Positions 32,341 through 41,125 of a stretch of 64,000 nt of DNA are shown here, piece after piece. The notes under the pieces are model-generated. The model saw nothing but the letters and a program-made list of their open reading frames with translations. It did no database searches and was not told the DNA's origin. The position numbers and the translations under genes were made by a program. Positions within the stretch are counted from its first letter, which is position 1; each line of letters opens with the position of its first letter. Origin of the DNA: Patescibacteria group bacterium (lineage in GTDB: Bacteria > Patescibacteriota > Patescibacteriia > UBA9570); NCBI GenBank assembly GCA_024277435.1, contig JAJRVJ010000010.1, forward strand, positions 23,663 through 87,662, read 5' to 3'.

Positions 32341-33996
32341 TTATTTCGAATGCTTAATGCACGCTTTCATAAATTCTAGATACAGTGGATGTGGATCTAG
32401 TGGGCGTGATTTGAATTCTGGATGGAATTGCACACCCACAAACCATGGATGATCTTTATATTCAGCAATTTCTACAAGATCCTTATCTGGATTCACTCCT
32501 GAAAATACCACTCCGGCTTCTTCTAATTGCTTGCGATACTTATTGTTAAACTCATATCGATGCCGATGCCGTTCGGATATTATTTTTTTCTTATAGGCTT
32601 TAGCAGCTATGGTATTTGGAGAAATCTTACAGTCATATGCACCTAAACGCATGGTGCCACCAAATCTATTCTCGCGGATATTATCAGCCTGGAATGGATT
32701 CACCTCAATAATAGGATGTTTTGCCTTAGGGTCCATTTCTACTGTATTTGCACCCTCTAATTTTGCCTCATTTCGTGCAATTTCAATCATTGCCAATTGC
32801 ATACCATAACACAGACCTAGGTATGGGATATTATTTTTACGAATATACTGAATAGCAGAAATAATACCTTCAACACCACGAGTGCCAAATCCTCCAGGAA
32901 CAATTACCCCATCAAATTTCTTTAGCTCTTTTAGCTTACTTGGATTTTGCTCATATTCTTCTGAGTCAATCCATGTTAGTACTGGTTGACGATTCTGTGC
33001 CCACGCTGCGTGGCGAGCGGCTTCAATAACGGAAATATACGAATCCGATAAAGTGAATTCTCCTGTGCCAAAATATTTACCAAGTACAGCTATTTTTACC
33101 TCCTGTTTAGCTGATGTAATTCTCTTCACCATCTTATTCCACTCTTGCATGTTGGTTTTTCGTGGACTCAAGTTCAGTGACTTTAATATTTTATCGCCAA
33201 GTTTTTGCTTTTCAAATGCCTGCGGCACTTTGTAAATAACATCGATATCTGGTGCAGAAATTGCATTCTCCTCCGGTATCGCGCAAAAGGTAGATAGCTT
33301 TTTCTTACGCTTATTATCAAGCGGCTGCGCAGCACGAGCAACAATAAAATCTGCCTGTATACCAGCTGAATTCAATGTGCGGCATGCATTCTGCGTTGGC
33401 TTTGTTTTCATTTCACCAACTCGAGCTGGAATTGGTAAATAACTTACTAGCACAAATGCCACATCATCGGGATTCTTCGTATGCATCATACGAGCAGCCT
33501 CTAAGAACAAGATATTCTGATATTCCCCTACTGTTCCACCAATTTCAATGATGGTTACATCAGCATCAGCGTTACGTTGTGCCTTCTTGATGCGCTTAAT
33601 AATTTCCATTGGAATATGTGGCACCACCTCTACACAAGCACCATTGTATTCTAAATTACGCTCACGCTCAATTACTGTGTTATATACACGACCAGTGGTC
33701 ATATAATTCACAGAATTGATATCAGTATTTAGGAATCTCTCGTAGTTACCAATATCTTGATCTGTTTCATCCTTGTCTTCTGTAACAAATACTTCGCCAT
33801 GCTCAGTTGGATTCATTGTGCCTGCATCCAAATTAATGTATGGATCAGCCTTGATAGCAGTTACCTTTAGCCCCTTACCTATCAAAATTCTTCCAATACT
33901 AGCACTCGTAACGCCTTTGCCTACGCTAGACATCACTCCACCTACAACGAAGATGAATTTAGGATTATGCTTTGTATTTTTAGAACTTGCGGCCAT
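32341..33996 (-). CDS. pyrG: CTP synthase
   Basis: GGVMSSVGKG, KTKPTQ, PGGFG, GLCYGMQ, QFHPE. Confidence 0.98.
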   Translation of the reverse strand: MAASSKNTKHNPKFIFVVGGVMSSVGKGVTSASIGRILIGKGLKVTAIKADPYINLDAGTMNPTEHGEVFVTEDKDETDQDIGNYERFLNTDINSVNYMTTGRVYNTVIERERNLEYNGACVEVVPHIPMEIIKRIKKAQRNADADVTIIEIGGTVGEYQNILFLEAARMMHTKNPDDVAFVLVSYLPIPARVGEMKTKPTQNACRTLNSAGIQADFIVARAAQPLDNKRKKKLSTFCAIPEENAISAPDIDVIYKVPQAFEKQKLGDKILKSLNLSPRKTNMQEWNKMVKRITSAKQEVKIAVLGKYFGTGEFTLSDSYISVIEAARHAAWAQNRQPVLTWIDSEEYEQNPSKLKELKKFDGVIVPGGFGTRGVEGIISAIQYIRKNNIPYLGLCYGMQLAMIEIARNEAKLEGANTVEMDPKAKHPIIEVNPFQADNIRENRFGGTMRLGAYDCKISPNTIAAKAYKKKIISERHRHRYEFNNKYRKQLEEAGVVFSGVNPDKDLVEIAEYKDHPWFVGVQFHPEFKSRPLDPHPLYLEFMKACIKHSK

Positions 33997-34001
33997 GAGA
34001 A

Positions 34002-34424
34002 CTATTCTTTATTAATGGTAAGTTTAATATTAACGGCACCGGCATCTGGAAATACAACCTCAGTTTCGTGATCACCAACAGCTTTAATACCGTCTGCAAC
34101 AATAAGCTTAGGGTCAACAGTAATTGAGTGTTGAGCTGTAAGTGCATTTGCGATATCAGCAGAAGTTACTGCTGCAAATAACTTCCCTTGCTCGTTAGCC
34201 TTTAGAGTAATCTCTACATTCATGCCCGATAGTTTTTTCTTCAATTCTTCTTGCTGCTCCTTCGTTTTAGCCTCAGCAGCTTTAGCGGCATTACGCTTTG
34301 TTTCAGAATTCTTTACCGCTTCCTTTGTAGCTGCTACTGCTAAACTATTTGGAAATAAATAATTTCGCGCATAGCCATCTGCTACGTCTTTTAATTTTCC
34401 TGTATCGTTCATTATTACTTTTAT
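34002..34424 (-). CDS. rplI: 50S ribosomal protein L9 (expected start position reads ATA)
   Basis: V.DGYARNYLFP, GKLFAAVT; in-frame ATA-AAA-GTA-ATA (xKVI) precedes ATG 34410-34412. Confidence 0.9.
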   Translation of the reverse strand: MKVIMNDTGKLKDVADGYARNYLFPNSLAVAATKEAVKNSETKRNAAKAAEAKTKEQQEELKKKLSGMNVEITLKANEQGKLFAAVTSADIANALTAQHSITVDPKLIVADGIKAVGDHETEVVFPDAGAVNIKLTINKE

Positions 34425-34433
34425 ATGTGTACT

Positions 34434-34442
34434 AGTATATCA
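34434..34442 (-). promoter_or_regulatory. Extended -10 (TGaTATACT) for rplI-pyrG
   Basis: 9 nt upstream of the ATA at 34422-34424. Confidence 0.6.
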
Positions 34443-35678
34443 TTAATTAGTAAGATATTCTACCGCTCGATCAAGCTGCGGATCAAGATCGGCTTCATAG
34501 TCCTCCGCTGTCATTACAACTTCGATATCAGGTTGAATTCCCTCTTCATCGATGTTGCGACCATTTGGTGTAAACCAATGTGCTACTGTTACTTTCAAAC
34601 TAGAGTTGTCTTCAAATACCTCATAATCTTGCACGGACCCTTTACCAAAAGATTGTTCACCTATAATTGTAGCTTTGCCATAATCCTGTAATGCTCCAGC
34701 AACAATTTCAGATGCGGACGCACTTCCACGGTTAATCAGCACGGCTACAGGAATGCTATCACCAAATGAGCCAATATTTGAAGTGTAATATGGCCGTGAC
34801 GAACCATCGCTAAATCGCTCACTTACAATAACTCCATCGGAAATAAAGTGTGATGAAATCGTAATACTTTCTTCTAGTAACCCGCCTGGATTATTACGTA
34901 AGTCAACAATTAAACCATCTGGATTATCGCGCAATACCTGATTGGCAATTTCCGCAAAGTCTGCGGAAGCACCTGAATTAAAATGCGATAATGTGATAAC
35001 AGCGATGTTTTTATTATTAGCTGAGGTTGTAGTGTATTCCACGGTAGGAATTTTTATAGTATCTCGTACAATTGGAATGTCTTGTACGTCAGTATCACCT
35101 TCGCGAAAAATAGTTAGCACCACAGTAGTGCCGCGCTCTCCACGAATTAAGTTTACCGCTTCATCGAGCGACATATCATACGTATCAGTTTCGTCGATTG
35201 ATATTACATTATCACCAGCTCGTAATCCGGCCTCTTCCGCTGGAGCATTTGCTAAGGGAGCAATAATTTGTAATTGAGAATCTTCTACACCAATTTCTGC
35301 ACCGATGCCATCAAATTTTCCTGAAATATCTTCATTAAAACGTTCAGCTAACTCTGGTGAAAAATATGTGGTATATGGATCATCCACTGCCGATGTAATA
35401 CCTTCAATAGCTCCGTAGAATAAATCTTTATCATCAACTGGTTGATCAACATGTTTTGTTTTAACAGCATCCCAAACTTCCCAGAATAAATCAAAATCAA
35501 TATCACTACTCAACTCAGTATTTACTGATGACTTTATAATAGTACGTTGCAAATCATCTTTAAATACATTGCTATCTTGTACTACACCAAGCAAATATCC
35601 TCCTGCAAAACTAGCAATGCAAAATATAAGTGCTATGGATATAAATATGGAAAATGGTGCCTTACGTGCTGAATACAT
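34443..35678 (-). CDS. S41 carboxyl-terminal processing protease with PDZ domain
   Basis: DPYTTY, GIGAEI, DLRNNPGG, SASASEI, SFGKG; start moved to ATG 35676-35678. Confidence 0.93.
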   Translation of the reverse strand: MYSARKAPFSIFISIALIFCIASFAGGYLLGVVQDSNVFKDDLQRTIIKSSVNTELSSDIDFDLFWEVWDAVKTKHVDQPVDDKDLFYGAIEGITSAVDDPYTTYFSPELAERFNEDISGKFDGIGAEIGVEDSQLQIIAPLANAPAEEAGLRAGDNVISIDETDTYDMSLDEAVNLIRGERGTTVVLTIFREGDTDVQDIPIVRDTIKIPTVEYTTTSANNKNIAVITLSHFNSGASADFAEIANQVLRDNPDGLIVDLRNNPGGLLEESITISSHFISDGVIVSERFSDGSSRPYYTSNIGSFGDSIPVAVLINRGSASASEIVAGALQDYGKATIIGEQSFGKGSVQDYEVFEDNSSLKVTVAHWFTPNGRNIDEEGIQPDIEVVMTAEDYEADLDPQLDRAVEYLTN

Positions 35679-35687
35679 ACGAAGCAC

Positions 35688-35716
35688 AGTGTACCAATTC
35701 AACCCACTAGGGTCAA
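35688..35716 (-). promoter_or_regulatory. Sigma70 promoter of the S41 protease gene
   Basis: TTGACC-17 bp-(TGg)TACACT, 9 nt before the ATG. Confidence 0.72.
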
Positions 35717-35731
35717 CCCATAAAAATAGAT

Positions 35732-36994
35732 TTATACTTTAGCACGCTTTATGTTCACACCAATGGATCGTAATCGCTTATCAATCTGCTCATATCCACG
35801 GTCGATTTGGTAAATATTGTTAATCTCAGATGTTCCTTTAGCTATTACGGCAGCAATAACCATAGCTATACCAGCGCGTAAATCTGGACTCTCAACAACT
35901 TTTGCTCGCAATGGAGTACCTCCGTGCACCGTAATGTGTTGCGGTGTATGCATATCTACTTCTGCACCCATACGATTTAGCATGTCAGTGTAAAATAATC
36001 TATTGGAATATATTGTTTCTTCCACTTCACTTTCACCAGGGATTTGCGTAAGTAATACTGTAAGTGGCGACTGACCATCCGTTGGAAATCCTGGGTACTC
36101 ACGAGTTACTACTTTAATTGGCTTCATTGTTTTCCAAGGATGTGTTGTAATACTCGTTTCTTTGATATCCAATTTTGCGCCAGCGTCTTTCAATAATTGA
36201 AGCGGAGTTTCGATGTGCTCTGGATTACATGCAGTAATTGTTAATTTGCTCTTTGCGGCTAATGCCAGATACAGAAACGATAACACCTCAATGCGATCGG
36301 GAATAATCTCACAGACACCAGCAGACAGCCGCTCTACACCCTCAATAACTATTTCATTTGTTCCTGCGCCTTCGATACGCGCTCCTTGCATATTAAGATA
36401 CTCCGCAAGCGCTTGAATCTCTGGCTCTCGGGCAGCATTTACAAGAGTTGTTTTTCCTTTAGCCAGGGTGGCGGCCATCATTAATGTTTCCGTGCATGTT
36501 ACACTTACGGTTGGAAATACAAATCGCGCACCCTTTAAGCCATTGGGTGCTGTAAATATATTAACTCCATTTTTTTCCTCATATTTAGCTCCCATCGCCT
36601 TGTAGCCCGCAATAAATAAATCAATAGGACGTCGGCCAATAGCGCAGCCGCCTGGATGCGGAAATATCACCTTACCAAAACGAGCAAGCATTGGTCCGGT
36701 TAACACAATGGATGCCCGAAGTTTGGGTACAAGCTTTTTAGGTAATTGCCGCTTAGTTATTGTTGAGGTATCAATAACGTACTTATTACGATGGGGGTGC
36801 GATATCGTAACGCCTAAATCTTCAAGTATTTCGGTAATACGAAAAATATCCTCAATTTCAGGTACATTCGTTATTGTCATGGGCTCCTCACTCAAAATAC
36901 TAGCTGCAAATACCTTCAATGCATGGTTTTTTGCACCTGTCACAGCAATTGTGCCATGTACTTTTGTTCCACCTTGTATAATAAATTTAGCCAT
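35732..36994 (-). CDS. murA: UDP-N-acetylglucosamine 1-carboxyvinyltransferase
   Basis: GAKN, LRAS, PGGCAIGRRPID, PGFPTD, DLRAG, IDRGYE. Confidence 0.96.
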   Translation of the reverse strand: MAKFIIQGGTKVHGTIAVTGAKNHALKVFAASILSEEPMTITNVPEIEDIFRITEILEDLGVTISHPHRNKYVIDTSTITKRQLPKKLVPKLRASIVLTGPMLARFGKVIFPHPGGCAIGRRPIDLFIAGYKAMGAKYEEKNGVNIFTAPNGLKGARFVFPTVSVTCTETLMMAATLAKGKTTLVNAAREPEIQALAEYLNMQGARIEGAGTNEIVIEGVERLSAGVCEIIPDRIEVLSFLYLALAAKSKLTITACNPEHIETPLQLLKDAGAKLDIKETSITTHPWKTMKPIKVVTREYPGFPTDGQSPLTVLLTQIPGESEVEETIYSNRLFYTDMLNRMGAEVDMHTPQHITVHGGTPLRAKVVESPDLRAGIAMVIAAVIAKGTSEINNIYQIDRGYEQIDKRLRSIGVNIKRAKV

Positions 36995-37032
36995 GTACAA
37001 TAGATTCTAGAATGACAAGACAAACCCGTCAA
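36974..37032. promoter_or_regulatory. Interdigitated divergent promoters across the 17-bp murA/PEGA gap
   Basis: Minus strand: TTGACG(37027-37032)-17-TAGAAT, 9 nt to murA ATG. Plus strand: TTGTAT-16-TACAAT(36996-37001), 10 nt to ATG 37012. Confidence 0.65.
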
Positions 37033-37929
37033 ATTTATTTAGTGTGTTTCTTTGTTGCAGCAGCTATTGTGTTGCCGCTGATTTTATTATACAGCTCCGG
37101 ATATCGCATAAATATATCATCATTATCACTTGAACAAACTGGGAGTTTATTTATTAGTAGTCGCCCAAAAGGCGCTGAAGCTATCCTACAACCCATTGAA
37201 CACGCCGAGCTTACTCCTGCAGTTATTCCTGGATTAACGCCCGGAGAATACACCGTTACTATATCTAAAGATTTGTATACATCTTGGAATTCCAGCCTTT
37301 CTATCGAGGCTAAACGATCCATTGTATACAGTGACGTAATGCTATTTTTACTCAATCCAATCAAGGAGCCCCTCTCAACGTACCCTAATAACGACATCGT
37401 TACTTCAGAATATACTGCGGTTAACGCATTGCCTGCCCAAATGCAATATGCGTTATCTGAGTTGCCGTTATCTGATAACTACTTGATTCAGAGCGATGGT
37501 GTTCCGATGGTAACAGTACTTGATAGCGATAATGGGAATTTGTATTTATTGAATGAAACTAATGATTCTATACATATTCAACCACTTGAATCTGAGGTAC
37601 TTGGGTATGCTTGGGAACCAGAGTTAGATATTCTCATGTTTTATACCCCATTTACTATTCAACTATTCAATCCCGATGACGCATCTACGGTTTCATTAAT
37701 ACGTCAAAGTAACACTATTAACGAAGTATTATGGCATCCACAGTCACCCTATATTATCTTTTCCACAGACAAGCAAATCATTGCCATGGAAACTCGTTTA
37801 ACAGATGAACCAAATAGCGCTGTACTATATTCGGGAGAAACTGTTACGAATTTAAAAATCAATGAGGATGGCGAAACCATCTATTTCACAAATTCCGTAG
37901 GTGAAATTATTGGCCTTCAGATTCAATAG
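37012..37929 (+). CDS. PEGA domain-containing membrane-anchored protein
   Basis: N-terminal TM ending YSSGYR; TGSLFISSRPKGA, TPAVIPGLTPGEYTVTISK; partial beta-propeller C-terminus. Confidence 0.8.
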   Translation: MTRQTRQIYLVCFFVAAAIVLPLILLYSSGYRINISSLSLEQTGSLFISSRPKGAEAILQPIEHAELTPAVIPGLTPGEYTVTISKDLYTSWNSSLSIEAKRSIVYSDVMLFLLNPIKEPLSTYPNNDIVTSEYTAVNALPAQMQYALSELPLSDNYLIQSDGVPMVTVLDSDNGNLYLLNETNDSIHIQPLESEVLGYAWEPELDILMFYTPFTIQLFNPDDASTVSLIRQSNTINEVLWHPQSPYIIFSTDKQIIAMETRLTDEPNSAVLYSGETVTNLKINEDGETIYFTNSVGEIIGLQIQ

Positions 37930-38773
37930 TGTGTAGATACTCTTTCACGGCATCTTGCCACGATTGCAGTTGTGGTAATTTTGTATTGATCAAGATGGAG
38001 TACTCTGGTCGCTTAGCTGGTCGCGGAAACTCTTCTGTTGCACAGGGTTGCAGATCAACACTCACATTAGCTTGAGTAAATATTTCTTTAGCAAATTCAT
38101 ACCATGTGCAACTACCTGAGTTTGTGATGTGGTACACACCATACCTCAATTCATCATTCAACATACCTACTGTTTGTTCAGCTAGATCCTTAGTATAGGT
38201 AGGGCTACCATGTTGATCATTTACAACAGATAACTCATCTTTCTCTCGACCCAACTTTAACATGGTAGTAATAAAGTTATTTCCATGTGAGCCAAATAAC
38301 CAAGCCGTTCGAATAATATAATACTTATCCCAATCTCCTTCTTGCGCTACCTCCTGAATCCCCTCTTCTCCAGCGGCTTTAGATTTTCCATAGGCATTTA
38401 CAGGATCCACATCTTTAAATGACTCCTCATAACCATCAGCTTTTTCACCGTTAAAGATGTAATCAGTACTATAATGTATTAGCACTGCATCCACTTCGGC
38501 AGCAGCCTTTGCTAAGTTGGTTGGGCCAACTCCATTAACAGACATAGCAACCGACTGATTCGTCTCACAGTCATCAACGGCAGTATACGCCGCGGCATTA
38601 ATAATAACATCAGGATTTAGTTCGGAAATAAGGGATGTAACAGTATTAGTATCAATAATATCGATATCCTCTTTATCCCAAGCTGTAACATCATATTTTG
38701 AGAAGGCTTCTTGCAGTGTGCTACCAAGCATCCCATGAGCTCCGACTATAAGTATTTTACTGTCGCTGCTCAT
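37907..38773 (-). CDS. rfbD: dTDP-4-dehydrorhamnose reductase
   Basis: GAHGMLG, NAAAYTAVD, STDYIF, YGKSK, DQHGSPT; start moved to 38773. Confidence 0.95.
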   Translation of the reverse strand: MSSDSKILIVGAHGMLGSTLQEAFSKYDVTAWDKEDIDIIDTNTVTSLISELNPDVIINAAAYTAVDDCETNQSVAMSVNGVGPTNLAKAAAEVDAVLIHYSTDYIFNGEKADGYEESFKDVDPVNAYGKSKAAGEEGIQEVAQEGDWDKYYIIRTAWLFGSHGNNFITTMLKLGREKDELSVVNDQHGSPTYTKDLAEQTVGMLNDELRYGVYHITNSGSCTWYEFAKEIFTQANVSVDLQPCATEEFPRPAKRPEYSILINTKLPQLQSWQDAVKEYLHTIESEGQ

Positions 38774-39776
38774 ATTGTTGTTCATAATATTTTTGATAAT
38801 CACCGGAAGTGCAGCGCTTTGCCCATTCACGATGCTCCTTAAACCAATCGATGGTTTTTTGAATACCCTCTTCAAATGTCACACTTGGCTTCCAGCCTAG
38901 TTCTTTCGTTATCTTTGAATAGTCCATGGCATATCGCAAATCATGACCCGGACGATCTTTGACAAACTCGATAAAACTTTCATCACGACCGAGTAATTTC
39001 AATAGTAACTTAGTAACTTCCATGTTATTTTTTTCAGCACCGCCGCCGATACAATAAGTTTCACCAATCTTGCCATCGGTAATAATGCGATCAATCGCTC
39101 GACAATGATCTTCAACGTACAACCAATCACGTACATTAATCCCTTCACCATATACTGGCACCTTCTCACCTTCCAGTAAGTGTGTAATAAATAGTGGTAT
39201 CATCTTTTCTGGGAAGTGCCATGGTCCGTAATTATTCGTACAGTTACTTAATGTAACCGGCAGACCATACGTATCATGGTAAGCGCGTACTAAATGATCG
39301 GAAGCCGCTTTAGAAGCAGAGTATGGACTATGCGGATCATATCGAGTGTTCTCATCAAATTTTGTATCAGAACCTAGTTTAAGCGATCCATATACTTCAT
39401 CCGTAGAAACATGATGAAAGCGCGTTTTGTATTCTAAGGCTGCATTTAATAATACCTGCGTACCAACTGCATTAGTTTGCACAAACACGCCTGGCTCCAT
39501 AATGGAACGATCGACGTGTGATTCGGCAGCAAAATGCACAACAATATCAGCTTCATGCACAAGTGGATTCACCACTTCAGGATCACAAATGTCACCACGT
39601 ACGAACTGATAGTTTGGATTTTTTTCAACCTCAGTTAAATTCTCAAGGTTTCCTGCATAAGTAAGCTTATCAAGATTTACCACGCTATCCTCCGGATGTT
39701 CTCGCAGCCAATAGTGAATAAAATTTGATCCAATAAATCCCGCTCCTCCAGTAACAAGTAATTTCATAATTCTCAT
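38757..39776 (-). CDS. rfbB: dTDP-glucose 4,6-dehydratase
   Basis: VTGGAGFIGS, DKLTYAGN, AAESHVDRS, STDEVYG, YSASK, DRPGHD. Confidence 0.97.
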   Translation of the reverse strand: MRIMKLLVTGGAGFIGSNFIHYWLREHPEDSVVNLDKLTYAGNLENLTEVEKNPNYQFVRGDICDPEVVNPLVHEADIVVHFAAESHVDRSIMEPGVFVQTNAVGTQVLLNAALEYKTRFHHVSTDEVYGSLKLGSDTKFDENTRYDPHSPYSASKAASDHLVRAYHDTYGLPVTLSNCTNNYGPWHFPEKMIPLFITHLLEGEKVPVYGEGINVRDWLYVEDHCRAIDRIITDGKIGETYCIGGGAEKNNMEVTKLLLKLLGRDESFIEFVKDRPGHDLRYAMDYSKITKELGWKPSVTFEEGIQKTIDWFKEHREWAKRCTSGDYQKYYEQQYEQRQ

Positions 39777-40303
39777 TATTTACGTATTGATTCAGACATT
39801 CGCCATGCCGTAATAGACATACCATCGCGAACCGTATTATTGTCTATCATCTCATTAATTTCGTCAACTGATTTTTCATGAACAGTAAGCTGCTCTGTGT
39901 CATCAAGTTCTTGTTGTGTTTTTTGTAAATCACGAGCTATATACACATGGCACACTTCGTCAGACAATCCATTACATGGATAAAATACCCCTACTTTATC
40001 TAACGTTGTAGATTTATAACCAGTTTCTTCTTCAAGTTCTCGAAGTGCTCCTTGCTCGGGTGTCTCACCGTCATCAACTTTACCAGCTGGAAACTCCCAG
40101 CTATCTTGCTGCGTGAGGTAACGAAATTGCTTTGTTAATAGAGCTGTATCTGCGCTAAGCATCGGAATAATAAACACTGTGACTAATCCTCGAATAGCAT
40201 AGTACACACCCGTCTTACTGTTTGGTAATGTATATTCTTCCTTAAAAACCGAATACCATTTATTTTCAAGAACAGATTCCTTACTTAACTGTTCAAATGC
40301 CAT
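39776..40303 (-). CDS. NUDIX hydrolase (ADP-ribose pyrophosphatase-like)
   Basis: Nudix box EFPAGKVDDGETPEQGALRELEEETG. Confidence 0.9.
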   Translation of the reverse strand: MAFEQLSKESVLENKWYSVFKEEYTLPNSKTGVYYAIRGLVTVFIIPMLSADTALLTKQFRYLTQQDSWEFPAGKVDDGETPEQGALRELEEETGYKSTTLDKVGVFYPCNGLSDEVCHVYIARDLQKTQQELDDTEQLTVHEKSVDEINEMIDNNTVRDGMSITAWRMSESIRK

Positions 40304-40306
40304 GAA

Positions 40307-40861
40307 TTAACCCTTTATCAATTCCCAAATATCAGCACCGAAGATATCCCATGGTAAACGTTTTTCATCTGTAGTATCCGGCTCTGGATCGAATTGATTA
40401 TTTACGAAATAGATAATCGCTGCTTGCGTATCCCATAAATTGGCAGCACCATGCGCAACTCCGCGCGGAATATACACCAAGCGAGCCTTTCCAGCGCCAA
40501 GTACCATGCGCATCATTTTTCCTGCGGTTGGCGAATCTTTACGACAATCTCGAAGAATTACCAACATTTTATGAGATGGTGGAATGAACCAAATATCTTC
40601 TTGCTGATAGTGTAAATGCCAAGCCTTTACTACTCCAGGATCCATCTGCGAATAGTTCATTTGTTGCAGATCAAACTCTGGAAACTCCTGCATGGTCTCA
40701 CCTTTAAAACGGCTCATTTCTAAAAAATACCCGCCATCATCTGTAAAATAGCGAAGCTCTTTAATTTCCACTCCTTCAATAACTGTTTGGCCCGTATAAT
40801 CTTGAACACTTACTTCCGATTGTACGTCTGCTTGGATATCATCTGGTGTTAGCACTTTCAT
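40307..40861 (-). CDS. rfbC: dTDP-4-dehydrorhamnose 3,5-epimerase family protein
   Basis: DDGGYFLE, PGVVKAWHLH, DCRKDSPT, IPRGVAHG. Confidence 0.88.
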   Translation of the reverse strand: MKVLTPDDIQADVQSEVSVQDYTGQTVIEGVEIKELRYFTDDGGYFLEMSRFKGETMQEFPEFDLQQMNYSQMDPGVVKAWHLHYQQEDIWFIPPSHKMLVILRDCRKDSPTAGKMMRMVLGAGKARLVYIPRGVAHGAANLWDTQAAIIYFVNNQFDPEPDTTDEKRLPWDIFGADIWELIKG

Positions 40862-40882
40862 TATTATAAAATATCATTAATA

Positions 40883-41125
40883 TTATTTTGAATAAATTGT
40901 GAGTATTTCATCAATCATTGTCTTGCGTTTTTCTTCGCTGTCATCTGGAAACATCAATTCAATCATCTGCATAACTAGTTCTTTTTTATCAGCTGCAGAC
41001 TCATTAACATTAGTAGATAACATCTCCATTAACCCATCAAGACTCTCTAGATCCTCTTTTGAAAATGTTTTTTCTAATTCACTATCTTTTATGTGCTTCA
41101 TATATATATTATTTTTCGTCTTCAA
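40883..41125 (-). CDS. Small helical protein homologous to the C-terminal domain of the upstream GGDEF protein
   Basis: 80-aa ORF overlapping the GGDEF stop; two gapless aligned blocks (see findings). Confidence 0.75.
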   Translation of the reverse strand: MKTKNNIYMKHIKDSELEKTFSKEDLESLDGLMEMLSTNVNESAADKKELVMQMIELMFPDDSEEKRKTMIDEILTIYSK

